From Gaiellaceae bacterium (GTDB taxonomy: Bacteria > Actinomycetota > Thermoleophilia > Gaiellales > Gaiellaceae): 64,000 nucleotides of DNA. The translations under genes were made by a program, and so were the position numbers. Below are positions 9,603 to 19,288 of this stretch, piece by piece. The stretch is taken from positions 45,685 to 109,684 of the forward strand of contig JBJMKE010000013.1 in the NCBI GenBank assembly GCA_045806005.1, written 5' to 3'. Each line of letters opens with the position of its first letter. Within the stretch, counting starts at the first letter, position 1. The notes under the pieces are model-generated. The model did not search any database. It worked only from the letters and a program-made list of their open reading frames with translations, and was not told the DNA's origin.

Positions 9603-11517
9603 CCGCCGCCGCGTCGGCGGAAGCGCGCCATTGCGCAGACTCGTCGTGGTAGGCCTGCTGCCAGAGCTCGAGGGAGAACAGGCCCCACAGGTTCCGGCTG
9701 AACGCGCCCTCGCGCGCGATCAGGTCGCGGACGTCGAAGTCCTCGGCGAGGTACGGGCGGCTGCGTGCGTTCGCGCCGGAGAAGACATCGAGCACGAAGT
9801 CGTGGAGCTCGTCGTTGATCCACTCCGCGAGCGGCACCGGGAAGCCCATCTTGTCGCGCCGGTCGACGATCTCGGTCGGCAGGACGTCCCGCAGCGCCTC
9901 CTTCAGCGCGTGCTTGAGGTGGCCGCCCTTGAACTTGACGTCGGCCGGCAGCGTCGCCGCGAACTCGACGACCTCGGTGTCGATGAACGGCACGCGCGAC
10001 TCGAGCCCGTGCGCCATCGAGACGCGGTCCTCGACGTGGAGCAGCGCCGGCAGGAGCGTCTTGAAGTCGAAGTGCGTCATCAGGTCGAAATACGACTCCT
10101 TGCGCACGTTGCCGGCCCGGAAGATCGTCTCGAAGGTCTCGAACGGCGAGTAGTCGCCGAGGACGTCCCAGTCGATTGCGTCGCGCAGGTCCGGCGCCCG
10201 GTCGATCAGGCGGAAGTAGCGCGCGTCCAGGTCGCCGAACAGCCCGGCGCGCCAGAACTGCTGCATCAACGGCTTGTACTCGCGCAGCGTCCCGAGCTGC
10301 GGGATGATCGACTCGTAGGTGACGACGAAGTTGCCGTGGTGCATCGTCCCGTCGATCGCGGCCTTGATGCACTGCTCGAAGTAGGCGAGCAGGTAGCGGG
10401 CGTAGCCGCCGAAGATCTCGTCGCCGCCCTGGCCGCCCAGCACGACCTTCATGTGCTGCGCCGCGAGCCGCGAGACCATGTACTGCGGGAAGGAGCCCGG
10501 CCCCGCGACCGGGTAGTCGAGGTGGTAGACGACGTCGCGGATGTTCTCGACGAAGTCGGCGGCTCCGATTGTCTGCTCGTGCAGCTCGAAGCCGCGCTGT
10601 TCGGCGAGCAGCCGCGCGTACCGCGTCTCGTCGTAGCGCTCGCCGCGCGCGAAGCGGCCGGTGAAGGCCTGGAACTCGTGCCCGACGGTCTCCGCGGCCA
10701 GCGAGGTCGTGATGCTCGAGTCGAGGCCGCCGGAGAGGTAGGCGCCGACCGGCACGTCCGCGCGGAGGTGGAAGCCGACCGACTCCTCGACCAGCTCGCG
10801 CAGGCGGTGCGTCAGCCACGCTTCCCGGTGGTCGAAGTCGGGCTCGTACTCGACCTCCCAGTAGCGCCGCTCCTGCACGACGCCCTTCCGCACGGTCAGC
10901 GTGTGGCCGGGCAGCAGCTCGCGCACGCCCTTGAACAGGGTCTTGCCGGCGAGGCAGAACTGGAAGGCGAGGTAGTCCTTGAGCGCGTCGAGGTCGGTCT
11001 CGACCGCCGGGAGGAAGGGCAGGAGCCCTTTCGCCTCCGAGGCGCCGAAGAAGACGCCGTCGTGCAGCGCGTACGCGAACGGCTTGATGCCGAAGCGGTC
11101 GCGCGCGCAGAAGAGCTGCTCCTCGGCCTCGTCCCAGATCGCGAACGCGAACATGCCGCGCAGCCGCTCGACGCACGCCGGCCCCCAACGCCGGTACGCG
11201 CGGAGCACGACCTCGGTGTCGGACGTCGTGCGGAACTCGTCCTCGCCGAGCTCGCGGCGCAGCTCGATGTAGTTGTAGATCTCGCCGTTGTAGGTGATCC
11301 AGTTGCCGGCGCCGTCGTGCATCGGCTGGTGGCCGGTCTCGAGGTCGATGATCTCGAGGCGCCGATGCGCGAAGCCGACGTGGCCGCGGTCGTGGACCCA
11401 CTTCCCCTCGCCGTCGGGGCCGCGGTGGGCGAGCAGGCGATTCATCAACTCCAGCCGGGGCGTGAGCGCCCCGACCGGCTTCGAATCGAGATTGAGTATG
11501 ACTCCGATCCCGCACAT
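9580..11517 (-). CDS. asnB: Asparagine synthase (glutamine-hydrolysing) family amidotransferase
   Basis: The MCGIGVIL start gives an N-terminal Cys nucleophile. RGPDGEG and the PP-loop SGGLDSS are present. 645 aa from the ATG at 11517. Confidence 0.9.
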   Translation of the reverse strand: MCGIGVILNLDSKPVGALTPRLELMNRLLAHRGPDGEGKWVHDRGHVGFAHRRLEIIDLETGHQPMHDGAGNWITYNGEIYNYIELRRELGEDEFRTTSDTEVVLRAYRRWGPACVERLRGMFAFAIWDEAEEQLFCARDRFGIKPFAYALHDGVFFGASEAKGLLPFLPAVETDLDALKDYLAFQFCLAGKTLFKGVRELLPGHTLTVRKGVVQERRYWEVEYEPDFDHREAWLTHRLRELVEESVGFHLRADVPVGAYLSGGLDSSITTSLAAETVGHEFQAFTGRFARGERYDETRYARLLAEQRGFELHEQTIGAADFVENIRDVVYHLDYPVAGPGSFPQYMVSRLAAQHMKVVLGGQGGDEIFGGYARYLLAYFEQCIKAAIDGTMHHGNFVVTYESIIPQLGTLREYKPLMQQFWRAGLFGDLDARYFRLIDRAPDLRDAIDWDVLGDYSPFETFETIFRAGNVRKESYFDLMTHFDFKTLLPALLHVEDRVSMAHGLESRVPFIDTEVVEFAATLPADVKFKGGHLKHALKEALRDVLPTEIVDRRDKMGFPVPLAEWINDELHDFVLDVFSGANARSRPYLAEDFDVRDLIAREGAFSRNLWGLFSLELWQQAYHDESAQWRASADAAAVAVHDGG

Positions 11518-11567
11518 GGCCGACCCCCTCCAGGGCGCGGCCAGTCTAGCGGCGCCCATACTGCGGC

Positions 11568-12683
11568 ATGCCCGACGGCCGCCGCGTGACCCTGATCTCG
11601 GGCCACTACCTCGGCTCGAAGCGCCGCGCCGGCTTCCACCACCTCGCGGAGGCGTTCTGGAGCCTCGGCTGGGACGTCACCTTCGTCACCGCCGCGATCA
11701 GCACGCTGTCGCGGCTGCGGGGGGACTACCGCTTCGCCTATCCGGTGCGCGAGGAGGCGAACCGGCTCGTGCCCGTCCGCGAGCGGCTGGCGAGCTACGT
11801 GCTGATGACGCGGACGCACCCGGGGAACCTCCGCCTCGGCGTCGCGAACCGGCTCTCGACGCCGTGGTTCGCGCGCTATGCGGACGCGCCGCTCGGGCCG
11901 CTCGAGGAGCGGCTGCGCGCGGCCGACCTAGTCGTCTTCGAGGGCACCGCGGCGCTGCTCATGGTCGAGCGGATCCGCGGGCTCGCCCCGGAGGCACGGC
12001 TCGTCTACCGCGCCTCCGACGACCTGCGCGCGCTCGGCGTCCACCCGCTCGTCCTCGAGGCGGAGGCGAGGGCGATCCCCCTCTTCGACCTCGTCAGCGT
12101 CCCGACCCGGAACATCGCCGACGCCCTTGCCCCGTACGGAGCGGTCGAGCTGGATCCGCCGGCGATCGACAAGGCGGCGCTCGACCGGGAGACGGAGTCG
12201 CCCTACGGCGACGGCCCGGCCGCGGTGTTCGCGGGCGTCTCGCCGCTCTTCGACTACGAGAGCCTCGCTGCTGCGGCCCGTCTCGCTCCGCACGTCTCGT
12301 TCCACGTGATCGGGCCGCCGCCCCGCCCGCTGCCCGCCAACGTCTCGTTCCACCCCGAGCTGCCCTACGCGGATCTCGTCCCCTACCTCCGGCACGCGAC
12401 CTTCGGGCTGCTCCTCTTCCCGCCGGGCTACGCGGCCCTGGGGCAGGGGAACAAGGTGGCGCAGTACTCCTACTGCTGGCTGCCGATCGTCGCGCCGGCC
12501 CATCTCGGGGCGGAGCGGCCGAACCTGTGCCTCTTCGAGCCGGGCGACGACGAGAGCCTGCGGCGCGCGCTCGCCGAGGCGGAGCGGATGCCGCACTCGC
12601 CCGCTTTCGCCGAGGGCGTCAGGTCCGCGGAGGAGCTGGCGGCGATCCTCGCCGGGGACGCTCCGCCGCGACGGCGCGCGTGA
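11568..12683 (+). CDS. GT-B fold glycosyltransferase, tentatively GumK-like (GT70) glucuronosyltransferase
   Basis: 371-aa ORF. From memory, blocks such as RLVYRASDDL and VSFHVIGPP resemble Xanthomonas GumK. This is not verified by alignment. Confidence 0.45.
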   Translation: MPDGRRVTLISGHYLGSKRRAGFHHLAEAFWSLGWDVTFVTAAISTLSRLRGDYRFAYPVREEANRLVPVRERLASYVLMTRTHPGNLRLGVANRLSTPWFARYADAPLGPLEERLRAADLVVFEGTAALLMVERIRGLAPEARLVYRASDDLRALGVHPLVLEAEARAIPLFDLVSVPTRNIADALAPYGAVELDPPAIDKAALDRETESPYGDGPAAVFAGVSPLFDYESLAAAARLAPHVSFHVIGPPPRPLPANVSFHPELPYADLVPYLRHATFGLLLFPPGYAALGQGNKVAQYSYCWLPIVAPAHLGAERPNLCLFEPGDDESLRRALAEAERMPHSPAFAEGVRSAEELAAILAGDAPPRRRA

Positions 12684-13944
12684 AGCGCCCCCAGCGACCT
12701 CCCGTCCAGTCCTCCACGCTCGCGCCGAGCACGGCCCAGAGCGCGAGCACGAGGATCAGGAACTGGACGATCCCCTGGTTCAGCACGTAGGTGCGCCACC
12801 ACTCCGCGAGGCAGTAGGCGACGACGAGGCTCGCGAGGAAGACGTAGCTGCGGTAGCGCGACGCGTGCCCGGCGATGACGCAGGCCACGAGCACCGCCAG
12901 CCCGAGCACGACGAACGAGAGCACGCCGAAGACTCCGTAGGCGAGTGCGAGCACCGAGTTCGTCGTCTGCGTGGCGGGGACCGCGACGACCTTCTCGTAG
13001 CGTGTCTCGCCCCGGGAGACCGAGGCGGGCACATGCTTGCCGGCGTACGTCGGCAGCAGGAACACCCGCGTGCCCGGCCCTGCGCTCGCCGGCGCCACGG
13101 GCCACTTGTCGACGTTGTTGCTCACCGCGACCGCCGCCTGGAAGGGGATGCCGAGATACCGCACCATCTCGTCGACGTTCATCACGAGCGGGTTCCGCAC
13201 GTTGTAGGCGTGGTAGAAGTCCGCGCTCCGCGAGTAGCTGAGCAGGCTGAGGCCGAGGAACAGCACCACGAGCCCGAGCAGCAGCACGCCGACGACCCGG
13301 CGCATGCTGACGCGGGCCTCGTGGACGCGCCGCGCGGCCAGCCCCGCGACCGCGATCGCGGCGATGATCAGCGACGCCCTCGAGGCGATCGCGGCGGCGA
13401 ACAGGAGCAGCAGGACGTTGAGGACGTGCAGGGCCCGGAAGTGGCCCCGGCCCAGCTCGAAGATCGCAATCGCCCCGGCGAGGGTCGCCGCATAGCGGAG
13501 CGTCTGCGGCCCGGAGGAGTACGGCAACACATAGCGCACCGCGTTGAACTGGTGGTGGAGGAACGCGGCCGAGATCGCGTGCGGCGACTTCGCGAACACG
13601 TAGACGTACGCGTAGACCGTGCCGAGCAGGCTGAGGATGCTGAGGTAGACGTAGTAGCTCTCCCACGGGACGCGCTCCGCGCGCTGCAGCACCGGGATCC
13701 GACGTCCGAGCATGAAGCCGCCGATCGCGACGGCGAAGAAGAACGCGTACCAGCCGACCAGGAAGAGCGCCCCGTGCAGCGTCCAGGGGGTCTCCACCAC
13801 GAAGCCGCGCAGCACCGCCGGGATCGCCCCTCCCCACGGGATCGCCCAGGCGAGCAGGCTGAGGCAGGCGCCGACGAGCAGGAGGGTGTGCGGCCGCACT
13901 GCCGTCTCGAGGCTGAAGTGGCGCCTCACGGCGGCCGCTGACAT
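12619..13944 (-). CDS. Polytopic membrane protein, Wzy/O-antigen polymerase- or ligase-like
   Basis: The internal start MSAAAVRR is the ATG at 13944. About 10 or more hydrophobic helices surround one larger loop, NVDKWPVAPASAGPGTRVF...SVSRGETRYEK. Its position in the glycan locus supports the call. The family call is inferential. Confidence 0.5.
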   Translation of the reverse strand: MSAAAVRRHFSLETAVRPHTLLLVGACLSLLAWAIPWGGAIPAVLRGFVVETPWTLHGALFLVGWYAFFFAVAIGGFMLGRRIPVLQRAERVPWESYYVYLSILSLLGTVYAYVYVFAKSPHAISAAFLHHQFNAVRYVLPYSSGPQTLRYAATLAGAIAIFELGRGHFRALHVLNVLLLLFAAAIASRASLIIAAIAVAGLAARRVHEARVSMRRVVGVLLLGLVVLFLGLSLLSYSRSADFYHAYNVRNPLVMNVDEMVRYLGIPFQAAVAVSNNVDKWPVAPASAGPGTRVFLLPTYAGKHVPASVSRGETRYEKVVAVPATQTTNSVLALAYGVFGVLSFVVLGLAVLVACVIAGHASRYRSYVFLASLVVAYCLAEWWRTYVLNQGIVQFLILVLALWAVLGASVEDWTGGRWGRFTRAVAAERPRRGSPPAPPRT

Positions 13945-13949
13945 GGCGG

Positions 13950-15011
13950 TCAGTGTAGGAGCGCCTCGCGGTAGACGGCGAGCGTCTGCTCGGCGGTCCT
14001 CGCCCACGAGAACACCGCCGCACGCGCCCGCCCGCGCTCGACGAGCCGCTGCCGGAGCTCTCCGTCGGCGGCCACCTCGCGCAGCGCCGACGCGATCGAG
14101 CCCACGTCGCGCGGGTCGCAGTAATGGGCCGCGTCCCCGTAGACCTCGGGCAGGCTGGCGGCGCGCGCCGCGACGACGGGCACGCCGGCCGCCATCGCCT
14201 CGAGCCCGGGCAGGCCGAAGCCCTCCGCCAGGGAGACGAAGGCGTAGGCGAAGGCTCCGGCGTACAGCGCCGCGAGCTCGGACTCGGAGACCGGCCCCGT
14301 GAAGACGACCCGCTCCGACGCCTGTTGCTTCAGCGCCGCACCGAAGTCCTCGTACTCGCCCGCGAGCACGAGCGTGTGGCCGTCGACTCGCGCGCAGGCG
14401 TCGATCAGCCGGGCGAGGTTCTTGTACGGGTACGCCGAGCCGACGTAGAGGAAGAACGGCGCCTCGATCCCGTAGCGCTCGAGCGTGGCCTGGTCCGGCT
14501 CGACCGCCGGCGCGTCGGCCGCCTCGTACGTCACGGCGATGCGGTCCGGGTCGACGCCGAGGAGGCGGACGACCTCGCCGCGGGTGTGCTCCGAGACGGC
14601 GATCAGTCGCCGCGCGCGCTTCGCCTTCCGCAGCTCGACGCGGAAGCCGGCCCGCAAGACGGCGCGGCGTGCGGTCGCGCCGGGGTCGAGGTAGTTGAGG
14701 TCGTGGACGGTGACGACGAACGGCGTCGTCGCCAGCAGCGGCACGGTCAGGTGCGGGTAGTGGACGAGGTCGAGCCGCTCGCGCGCGACCAGGCGCGGCA
14801 GCTGCAGCTGCTCGCGCACGCCGAACCAGGGGATGTCCGCCTCGACGGTCCGGAAGTTCGGGCCCGGCGCCGAATAGCCCGCGTAGCGCCTCGCGTTGAG
14901 GAAGAGCGTGTACTCGTTCTCCCGGTCGAGCCTGGCCAGCTCGCGGATCAGCGAGAACGTGTACCGGCCGACGCCGGTGCCGTCGTTGCGGGCGTCGATC
15001 CCGATCTTCAT
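13950..15011 (-). CDS. GT4 family glycosyltransferase
   Basis: Starts at MKIGIDARN, the ATG at 15011. The EX7E region EGFGLPGLEAMAAGVPVVA is present. 353 aa. Confidence 0.85.
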   Translation of the reverse strand: MKIGIDARNDGTGVGRYTFSLIRELARLDRENEYTLFLNARRYAGYSAPGPNFRTVEADIPWFGVREQLQLPRLVARERLDLVHYPHLTVPLLATTPFVVTVHDLNYLDPGATARRAVLRAGFRVELRKAKRARRLIAVSEHTRGEVVRLLGVDPDRIAVTYEAADAPAVEPDQATLERYGIEAPFFLYVGSAYPYKNLARLIDACARVDGHTLVLAGEYEDFGAALKQQASERVVFTGPVSESELAALYAGAFAYAFVSLAEGFGLPGLEAMAAGVPVVAARAASLPEVYGDAAHYCDPRDVGSIASALREVAADGELRQRLVERGRARAAVFSWARTAEQTLAVYREALLH

Positions 15012-16162
15012 CCGGCCCAACGCACGCCCCGGCCGCGCTTCTGCGTGGACGTCTCGTCCAGCCACTCCTGCATCCGGTCGAGGAAGCGCCCGGTGGAGAA
15101 CTCGAGCGCGCGGGCACGCAGGGCCGCGGGGTCCCACCGCGTCTCCGCCGCCGAGCGGATCGCCGTCCGCAGCTGCCGGAGCTCCGCCTCCTCGATCAGC
15201 ACGCCGTCGACGCCGGGCCGGACGATGTCCCGCGCCCCGCCGGCGTCGAGCGCCACGACCGGCAGGCCCGCGGCGAGCGCCTCGACCATCGCGATCCCGA
15301 AGTCCTCCTCTGCGACATGGACGAAGCCGGACGTCCGGGCGAAGAGACCCTGCAGCTCCTCGCGCGAGATCCAGCCGCGGAGCTCGACGTTCGGGGGCAG
15401 GCTCGCCCGCAGGCGCTGCTCGAGCGGCCCGATCCCGACCATGGTCAGCCGGTACGGCAGGTCGCGGAACGCCTCGGCGACCAGCTCGGGGCGCTTGTAG
15501 GAGACGAGCCGCTGCATCCAGAGGAAGTGGCCTTCCTCCTTCTCGGAGGCCGCGTCGAACTCGTCCACCGCGACGGGCGGATGGATGACGGTCGAGTCGC
15601 GGCCGTAGAAGCGCCGGATGCGGTCGCGCACCGTCGTCGAGTTCGCTGCGAAGGCGTCGGGCCCGCGCGAGGCCGCGAGGTCGGTCTGGCGTAGGCGGCC
15701 GCGCAGGGCGCGCAGGCCGAGCCTGCCGATCGCGCCCGTCCCTCCCGGATCGGTCTCGGGCAGCCACGCGTAGCGCATCGGCGTGTGGCAGTAGCAGGCG
15801 AAGAGCGCGTCCGGACGGGGGCGCACGTTGACCGCGCAGGCGTGGGACGAGGAGATGACGACGTCGTAGGCCGAGAGGTCGACGGAGGCGAACCATTGCG
15901 GCATGTACGGGAGGAGATAGCGCCAGCGCCCGGCGTCGCGGCCCCGCTGCCGGAGCCCCGGGAGGGCCGCGACGCGCGACTCGCGGACGATCCGGTCCGC
16001 CAGCTCGGCCGGGATCACCTCGCGGGCGGCCGCGAAGGTGACGATGTCGGGCTCGCCGCCGGGCCGAAACAGGCCCGCGCGCAGAGCCTCCACCACCCGT
16101 TCCGAGCCGTGCATGCCCTGGAACCAGTCGTGGACGATCGCCGTCGGTTCGTCGAGCAGCAC
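15008..16162 (-). CDS. GT4 family glycosyltransferase
   Basis: The proposed start is the GTG at 16162, giving VLLDEPTAIVHDW. The EX7E region EDFGIAMVEALAAGLPVVA is present. The stop overlaps the start of 13950-15011. Confidence 0.8.
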   Translation of the reverse strand: MLLDEPTAIVHDWFQGMHGSERVVEALRAGLFRPGGEPDIVTFAAAREVIPAELADRIVRESRVAALPGLRQRGRDAGRWRYLLPYMPQWFASVDLSAYDVVISSSHACAVNVRPRPDALFACYCHTPMRYAWLPETDPGGTGAIGRLGLRALRGRLRQTDLAASRGPDAFAANSTTVRDRIRRFYGRDSTVIHPPVAVDEFDAASEKEEGHFLWMQRLVSYKRPELVAEAFRDLPYRLTMVGIGPLEQRLRASLPPNVELRGWISREELQGLFARTSGFVHVAEEDFGIAMVEALAAGLPVVALDAGGARDIVRPGVDGVLIEEAELRQLRTAIRSAAETRWDPAALRARALEFSTGRFLDRMQEWLDETSTQKRGRGVRWAG

Positions 16163-16214
16163 GCGCGCAGACGATAACGGGCGCCCGCCGGAGGCTCGGC
16201 TAGCATGCCCCGCG

Positions 16215-17723
16215 GTGGGGCCGACGGTTCTCGAGGGCAAGGCGGCACGTGACGGCCTCCGGCGGTCGGTTCTGCCGTTCTTCGCAGCTGGAGTCGCCTG
16301 CATGCTGGTGCTCGGCGCGGTCGCGGCCGCGGCGTTTGCGAAGCCGCACGCCCGGCACGTGATCCCGACGCCGGCGACGCTGCCGCTCCGCACCGGGCTC
16401 CTCGATCCCCTCTTCGCCGGCCCCGACCGGCAGCAGGCGTACACGATGGCCGCGGCCACGGGCGCCACCTACGTGCGGCTGTCCGTGGTCTGGCGGGCCA
16501 TCGCGCCGTCCACGCCGCCGACGAGTTTCGCGGCCACGGACCCGACCTCGCCCGGCTACAACTGGTCGGGCCTCGACTCCATCGCCTCGCAGCTCGACGC
16601 CGCCGGGCTGACGCCGATCTTCGACATCGGCAGCGTCCCCGAGTGGGCGTACGGGACCAAGCCGCACGCTCCAAACGCCGGAACCCCCAGGGCAAGCGAC
16701 CTGCGCGATTTCGCGACGGCGCTCGCCACCCATTACGACGGAAACACTCCCGGGGCGCCGGCCGAGCACGTCTTCCAGGTCTGGAACGAGCCGAACCTCA
16801 GCCTCGACCTGAACCCCGTCAGCGCGAGCTCCTATCGCGGCCTGGTCAACGCGGTGGCCGACGCCGTCCACGCCGTCGACCCGGCGAACCTCGTGGTGGC
16901 CGGCGGCCTCGATCCGTTCGGGCACAAGAAGAAGAAGGGGCAGAAGTGGTACTCGACCGCCCCGCTCGCGTACATGCGCTCGCTGCTCTGCCTCTCGAAG
17001 AGCAAGCACCCGCACTCGACCTGCAGCAAGCCGATCAAGTTCGACGTCTGGTCGCATCACCCCTACACGTTCGGCGGCCCCTTCGGGCACGCGAAGAACC
17101 CCGACGACGTGGAGCTCGGGGACCTGCCGAAGATGAAGGCGCTCCTCAAGTCCGGGAAGCGGCTCCACCACATCGTCTCGGCGCGGGCGGTGCAGTTCTG
17201 GGTGACCGAGTTCGGCTGGGACACCAACCCGCCGCGCAGGCATGCGGCCTCGCTCAACCTGGCCTCGCGCTGGACCGAAGAGTCGCTCCACCAGATGTGG
17301 CTCTCGGGTATCTCCCTGGTGACGTGGTTCCTGCTCCGGGACTACGCGGGCAGGAGCCCCTACCAGAGCGGCCTCTACTTCAACAAGGGGTCGCTCGTTG
17401 GTGCGCGGGCGAAGCCCGTGCTCACGGCCTTCCGGTTCCCGTTCGTCGCCTACCTCGGGAAGAAGAAGACGGTGACCGTCTGGGGGCGGGACGCGACGAG
17501 CACGAAGCAGATCGTCACCGTCCAGCGGTCGCACCACCGGGCCGGGCCGTGGCGCACGGTGGCCACGCTGCGCGCGAACGGCTCCGGGATCTTCAAGGCG
17601 GTTCTGAAGGTCAAGGCGACGAAGAAGGACTGGCTGCGGGCGGTCGCGCCCGATTCCGGCAAGTCCCTCGCTTTCTCGCTCACCGTGCCGCACGCGCCCC
17701 ACATCGGTCCCTGGGGTAATTAG
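16215..17723 (+). CDS. Secreted clan GH-A (TIM-barrel) glycoside hydrolase, PslG/GH39- or GH5-like, paralogue 1
   Basis: Signal-like N-terminus RRSVLPFFAAGVACMLVLGAVAAAAFA. The acid/base motif is HVFQVWNEPN and the nucleophile motif is WVTEFGWDTNPP. The GTG start at 16215 is inferred. Confidence 0.7.
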   Translation: MGPTVLEGKAARDGLRRSVLPFFAAGVACMLVLGAVAAAAFAKPHARHVIPTPATLPLRTGLLDPLFAGPDRQQAYTMAAATGATYVRLSVVWRAIAPSTPPTSFAATDPTSPGYNWSGLDSIASQLDAAGLTPIFDIGSVPEWAYGTKPHAPNAGTPRASDLRDFATALATHYDGNTPGAPAEHVFQVWNEPNLSLDLNPVSASSYRGLVNAVADAVHAVDPANLVVAGGLDPFGHKKKKGQKWYSTAPLAYMRSLLCLSKSKHPHSTCSKPIKFDVWSHHPYTFGGPFGHAKNPDDVELGDLPKMKALLKSGKRLHHIVSARAVQFWVTEFGWDTNPPRRHAASLNLASRWTEESLHQMWLSGISLVTWFLLRDYAGRSPYQSGLYFNKGSLVGARAKPVLTAFRFPFVAYLGKKKTVTVWGRDATSTKQIVTVQRSHHRAGPWRTVATLRANGSGIFKAVLKVKATKKDWLRAVAPDSGKSLAFSLTVPHAPHIGPWGN

Positions 17724-17790
17724 TCCGAGGCTGTAAGGGATCCGAAAAGATCAGTTTGCGATCCGCCGATCGGCGGTAGCGTGGTCGGCG

Positions 17791-19245
17791 ATGGGGGTCC
17801 TCGCTCGGAACCTGGCCGTTGCAGGCGCGATATTCGCGCTCGCGGCCGTGACCGCTTCGGCAGGCTCGGCGCATGGTGTGCGGACGTACTCGACCGGGGG
17901 TACGGCGCCGCTCGCGACGGCACTCGCCGATCCCTGGCTGTTCAACAGCAGCCAGCGGGAGCGGGCGCTCGCGATGACGCGCGCGGCCGGGGCGAGCTAT
18001 GTGCGGCTGACGGTGAGCTGGAGCTCGATCGCGCCGTCCGTCCGGCCTGACGGCTTCGTCGCGACCGACCCGACCTCCAAGGGGTACAACTGGTCGAACT
18101 ACGACGCGATCGTGAAGCAGGTCGAGGACGCCGGGCTGACGCCGATCCTCGACATCGAGGCCACGCCCAAGTGGGCCTTCGCGAAGCGGCCGAAAGCCCC
18201 GAATGCCGGAACTCCCAGGGTCTCCGACCTCGGTGCCTTCGCGAAGGCGATCGCGAAGCATTACGACGGCAGCGGCAGCGCGCCGGCGGTGCACGTCTTC
18301 CAGGTCTGGAACGAGCCGAATGTCAGCCTCTACCTGAACCCGGTCAAGGCGAGCGTCTACCGGTCGATGGTCAACGCCTTCGCCGCCTCCGTCCACGGCG
18401 TCAACTCCAAGAATCTCGTGGTGGCGGGCGCCCTCGACCCGTTCGGGCACAAGCGCAGCAAGAAGCAGCGCTGGAACTCGGTCGCGCCGCTCGCGTTCAT
18501 GCGCTCGCTGCTCTGCGTCTCGAAGGGCAAGCACCCGCACTCGACGTGCCGCACAAGCGTGCACTTCGACGCCTGGTCGCATCATCCGTACACGTTCGGC
18601 GGCGCCTTCGGTCACGCGAGGAATCCGGACGACGTCGAGCTCGGCGACCTGCCGAAGATGCGGACGCTCCTGCGGGCGGCCCTTCGGTTCCACCACATCC
18701 GCTCGACCAACGGCGTCCGCTTCTGGATAACGGAGTTTGGTTGGGATACCAACCCGCCGCGGCGGCACGCGGCCCCGATGGGGCTCGCCTCCCGCTGGAC
18801 GGCCGAGTCGCTGTACCAGGCCTGGCGCTCCGGCGTCTCGCTGCTCACCTGGTTCGGCCTGCAGGACCGGGGCGGCAAGAGCCCGTACCAGAGCGGCCTC
18901 TTCCGCCATGCCTCGTCCCTGGCGCGCGCGCGCGTGAAGCCGGTGCGCACCGCCTTCCGTTTCCCGTTCGTTGCCTACCTCGGCCGCGGCAAGGTGACGG
19001 TCTGGGGCCGCGACGCCACGAGCAACAAGCAGACCGCCACGATCCAGCTCCGTCGCGGGACCCACGGCCACTGGCGCACCGTGGCGCGGATCCGCGCGAA
19101 CAAGTTCGGCATCTTCAAGGCGAGCCTGAGGCTGAAGGCGACGAAGAAGAGCTGGCTGCGGGCGAGCGCGCCCGGCTCGGGTACCTCGCTCGCGTTCTCG
19201 CTCACCGTGCCGCACGACCCGCACATCGGTCCCTGGGGCAACTAG
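17791..19245 (+). CDS. Secreted clan GH-A glycoside hydrolase, paralogue 2
   Basis: 484-aa ORF with a signal peptide, MGVLARNLAVAGAIFALAAVTASAGSA. Motifs HVFQVWNEPN and WITEFGWDTNPP are present. Confidence 0.75.
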   Translation: MGVLARNLAVAGAIFALAAVTASAGSAHGVRTYSTGGTAPLATALADPWLFNSSQRERALAMTRAAGASYVRLTVSWSSIAPSVRPDGFVATDPTSKGYNWSNYDAIVKQVEDAGLTPILDIEATPKWAFAKRPKAPNAGTPRVSDLGAFAKAIAKHYDGSGSAPAVHVFQVWNEPNVSLYLNPVKASVYRSMVNAFAASVHGVNSKNLVVAGALDPFGHKRSKKQRWNSVAPLAFMRSLLCVSKGKHPHSTCRTSVHFDAWSHHPYTFGGAFGHARNPDDVELGDLPKMRTLLRAALRFHHIRSTNGVRFWITEFGWDTNPPRRHAAPMGLASRWTAESLYQAWRSGVSLLTWFGLQDRGGKSPYQSGLFRHASSLARARVKPVRTAFRFPFVAYLGRGKVTVWGRDATSNKQTATIQLRRGTHGHWRTVARIRANKFGIFKASLRLKATKKSWLRASAPGSGTSLAFSLTVPHDPHIGPWGN

Positions 19246-19288
19246 GCCGGGTCAAGAGCTGCGCGCCGTCACCCTCGCCCTTCGGTAC

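Noticed and set aside
6714-9701. Very long plus-strand ORF (995 aa), plus many similar ORFs elsewhere. Examples are 4762-6873, 9451-11589, 30682-32721, 54543-56216, 55453-57327 and 61295-62932.
   Set aside because: They run antisense or out of frame to genes with clear family motifs. Their translations are Arg/Ala/Pro/Gly-rich low-complexity sequence, and they lack the GC3 pattern of the real frame. These are typical stop-codon-poor shadow ORFs of high-GC DNA.
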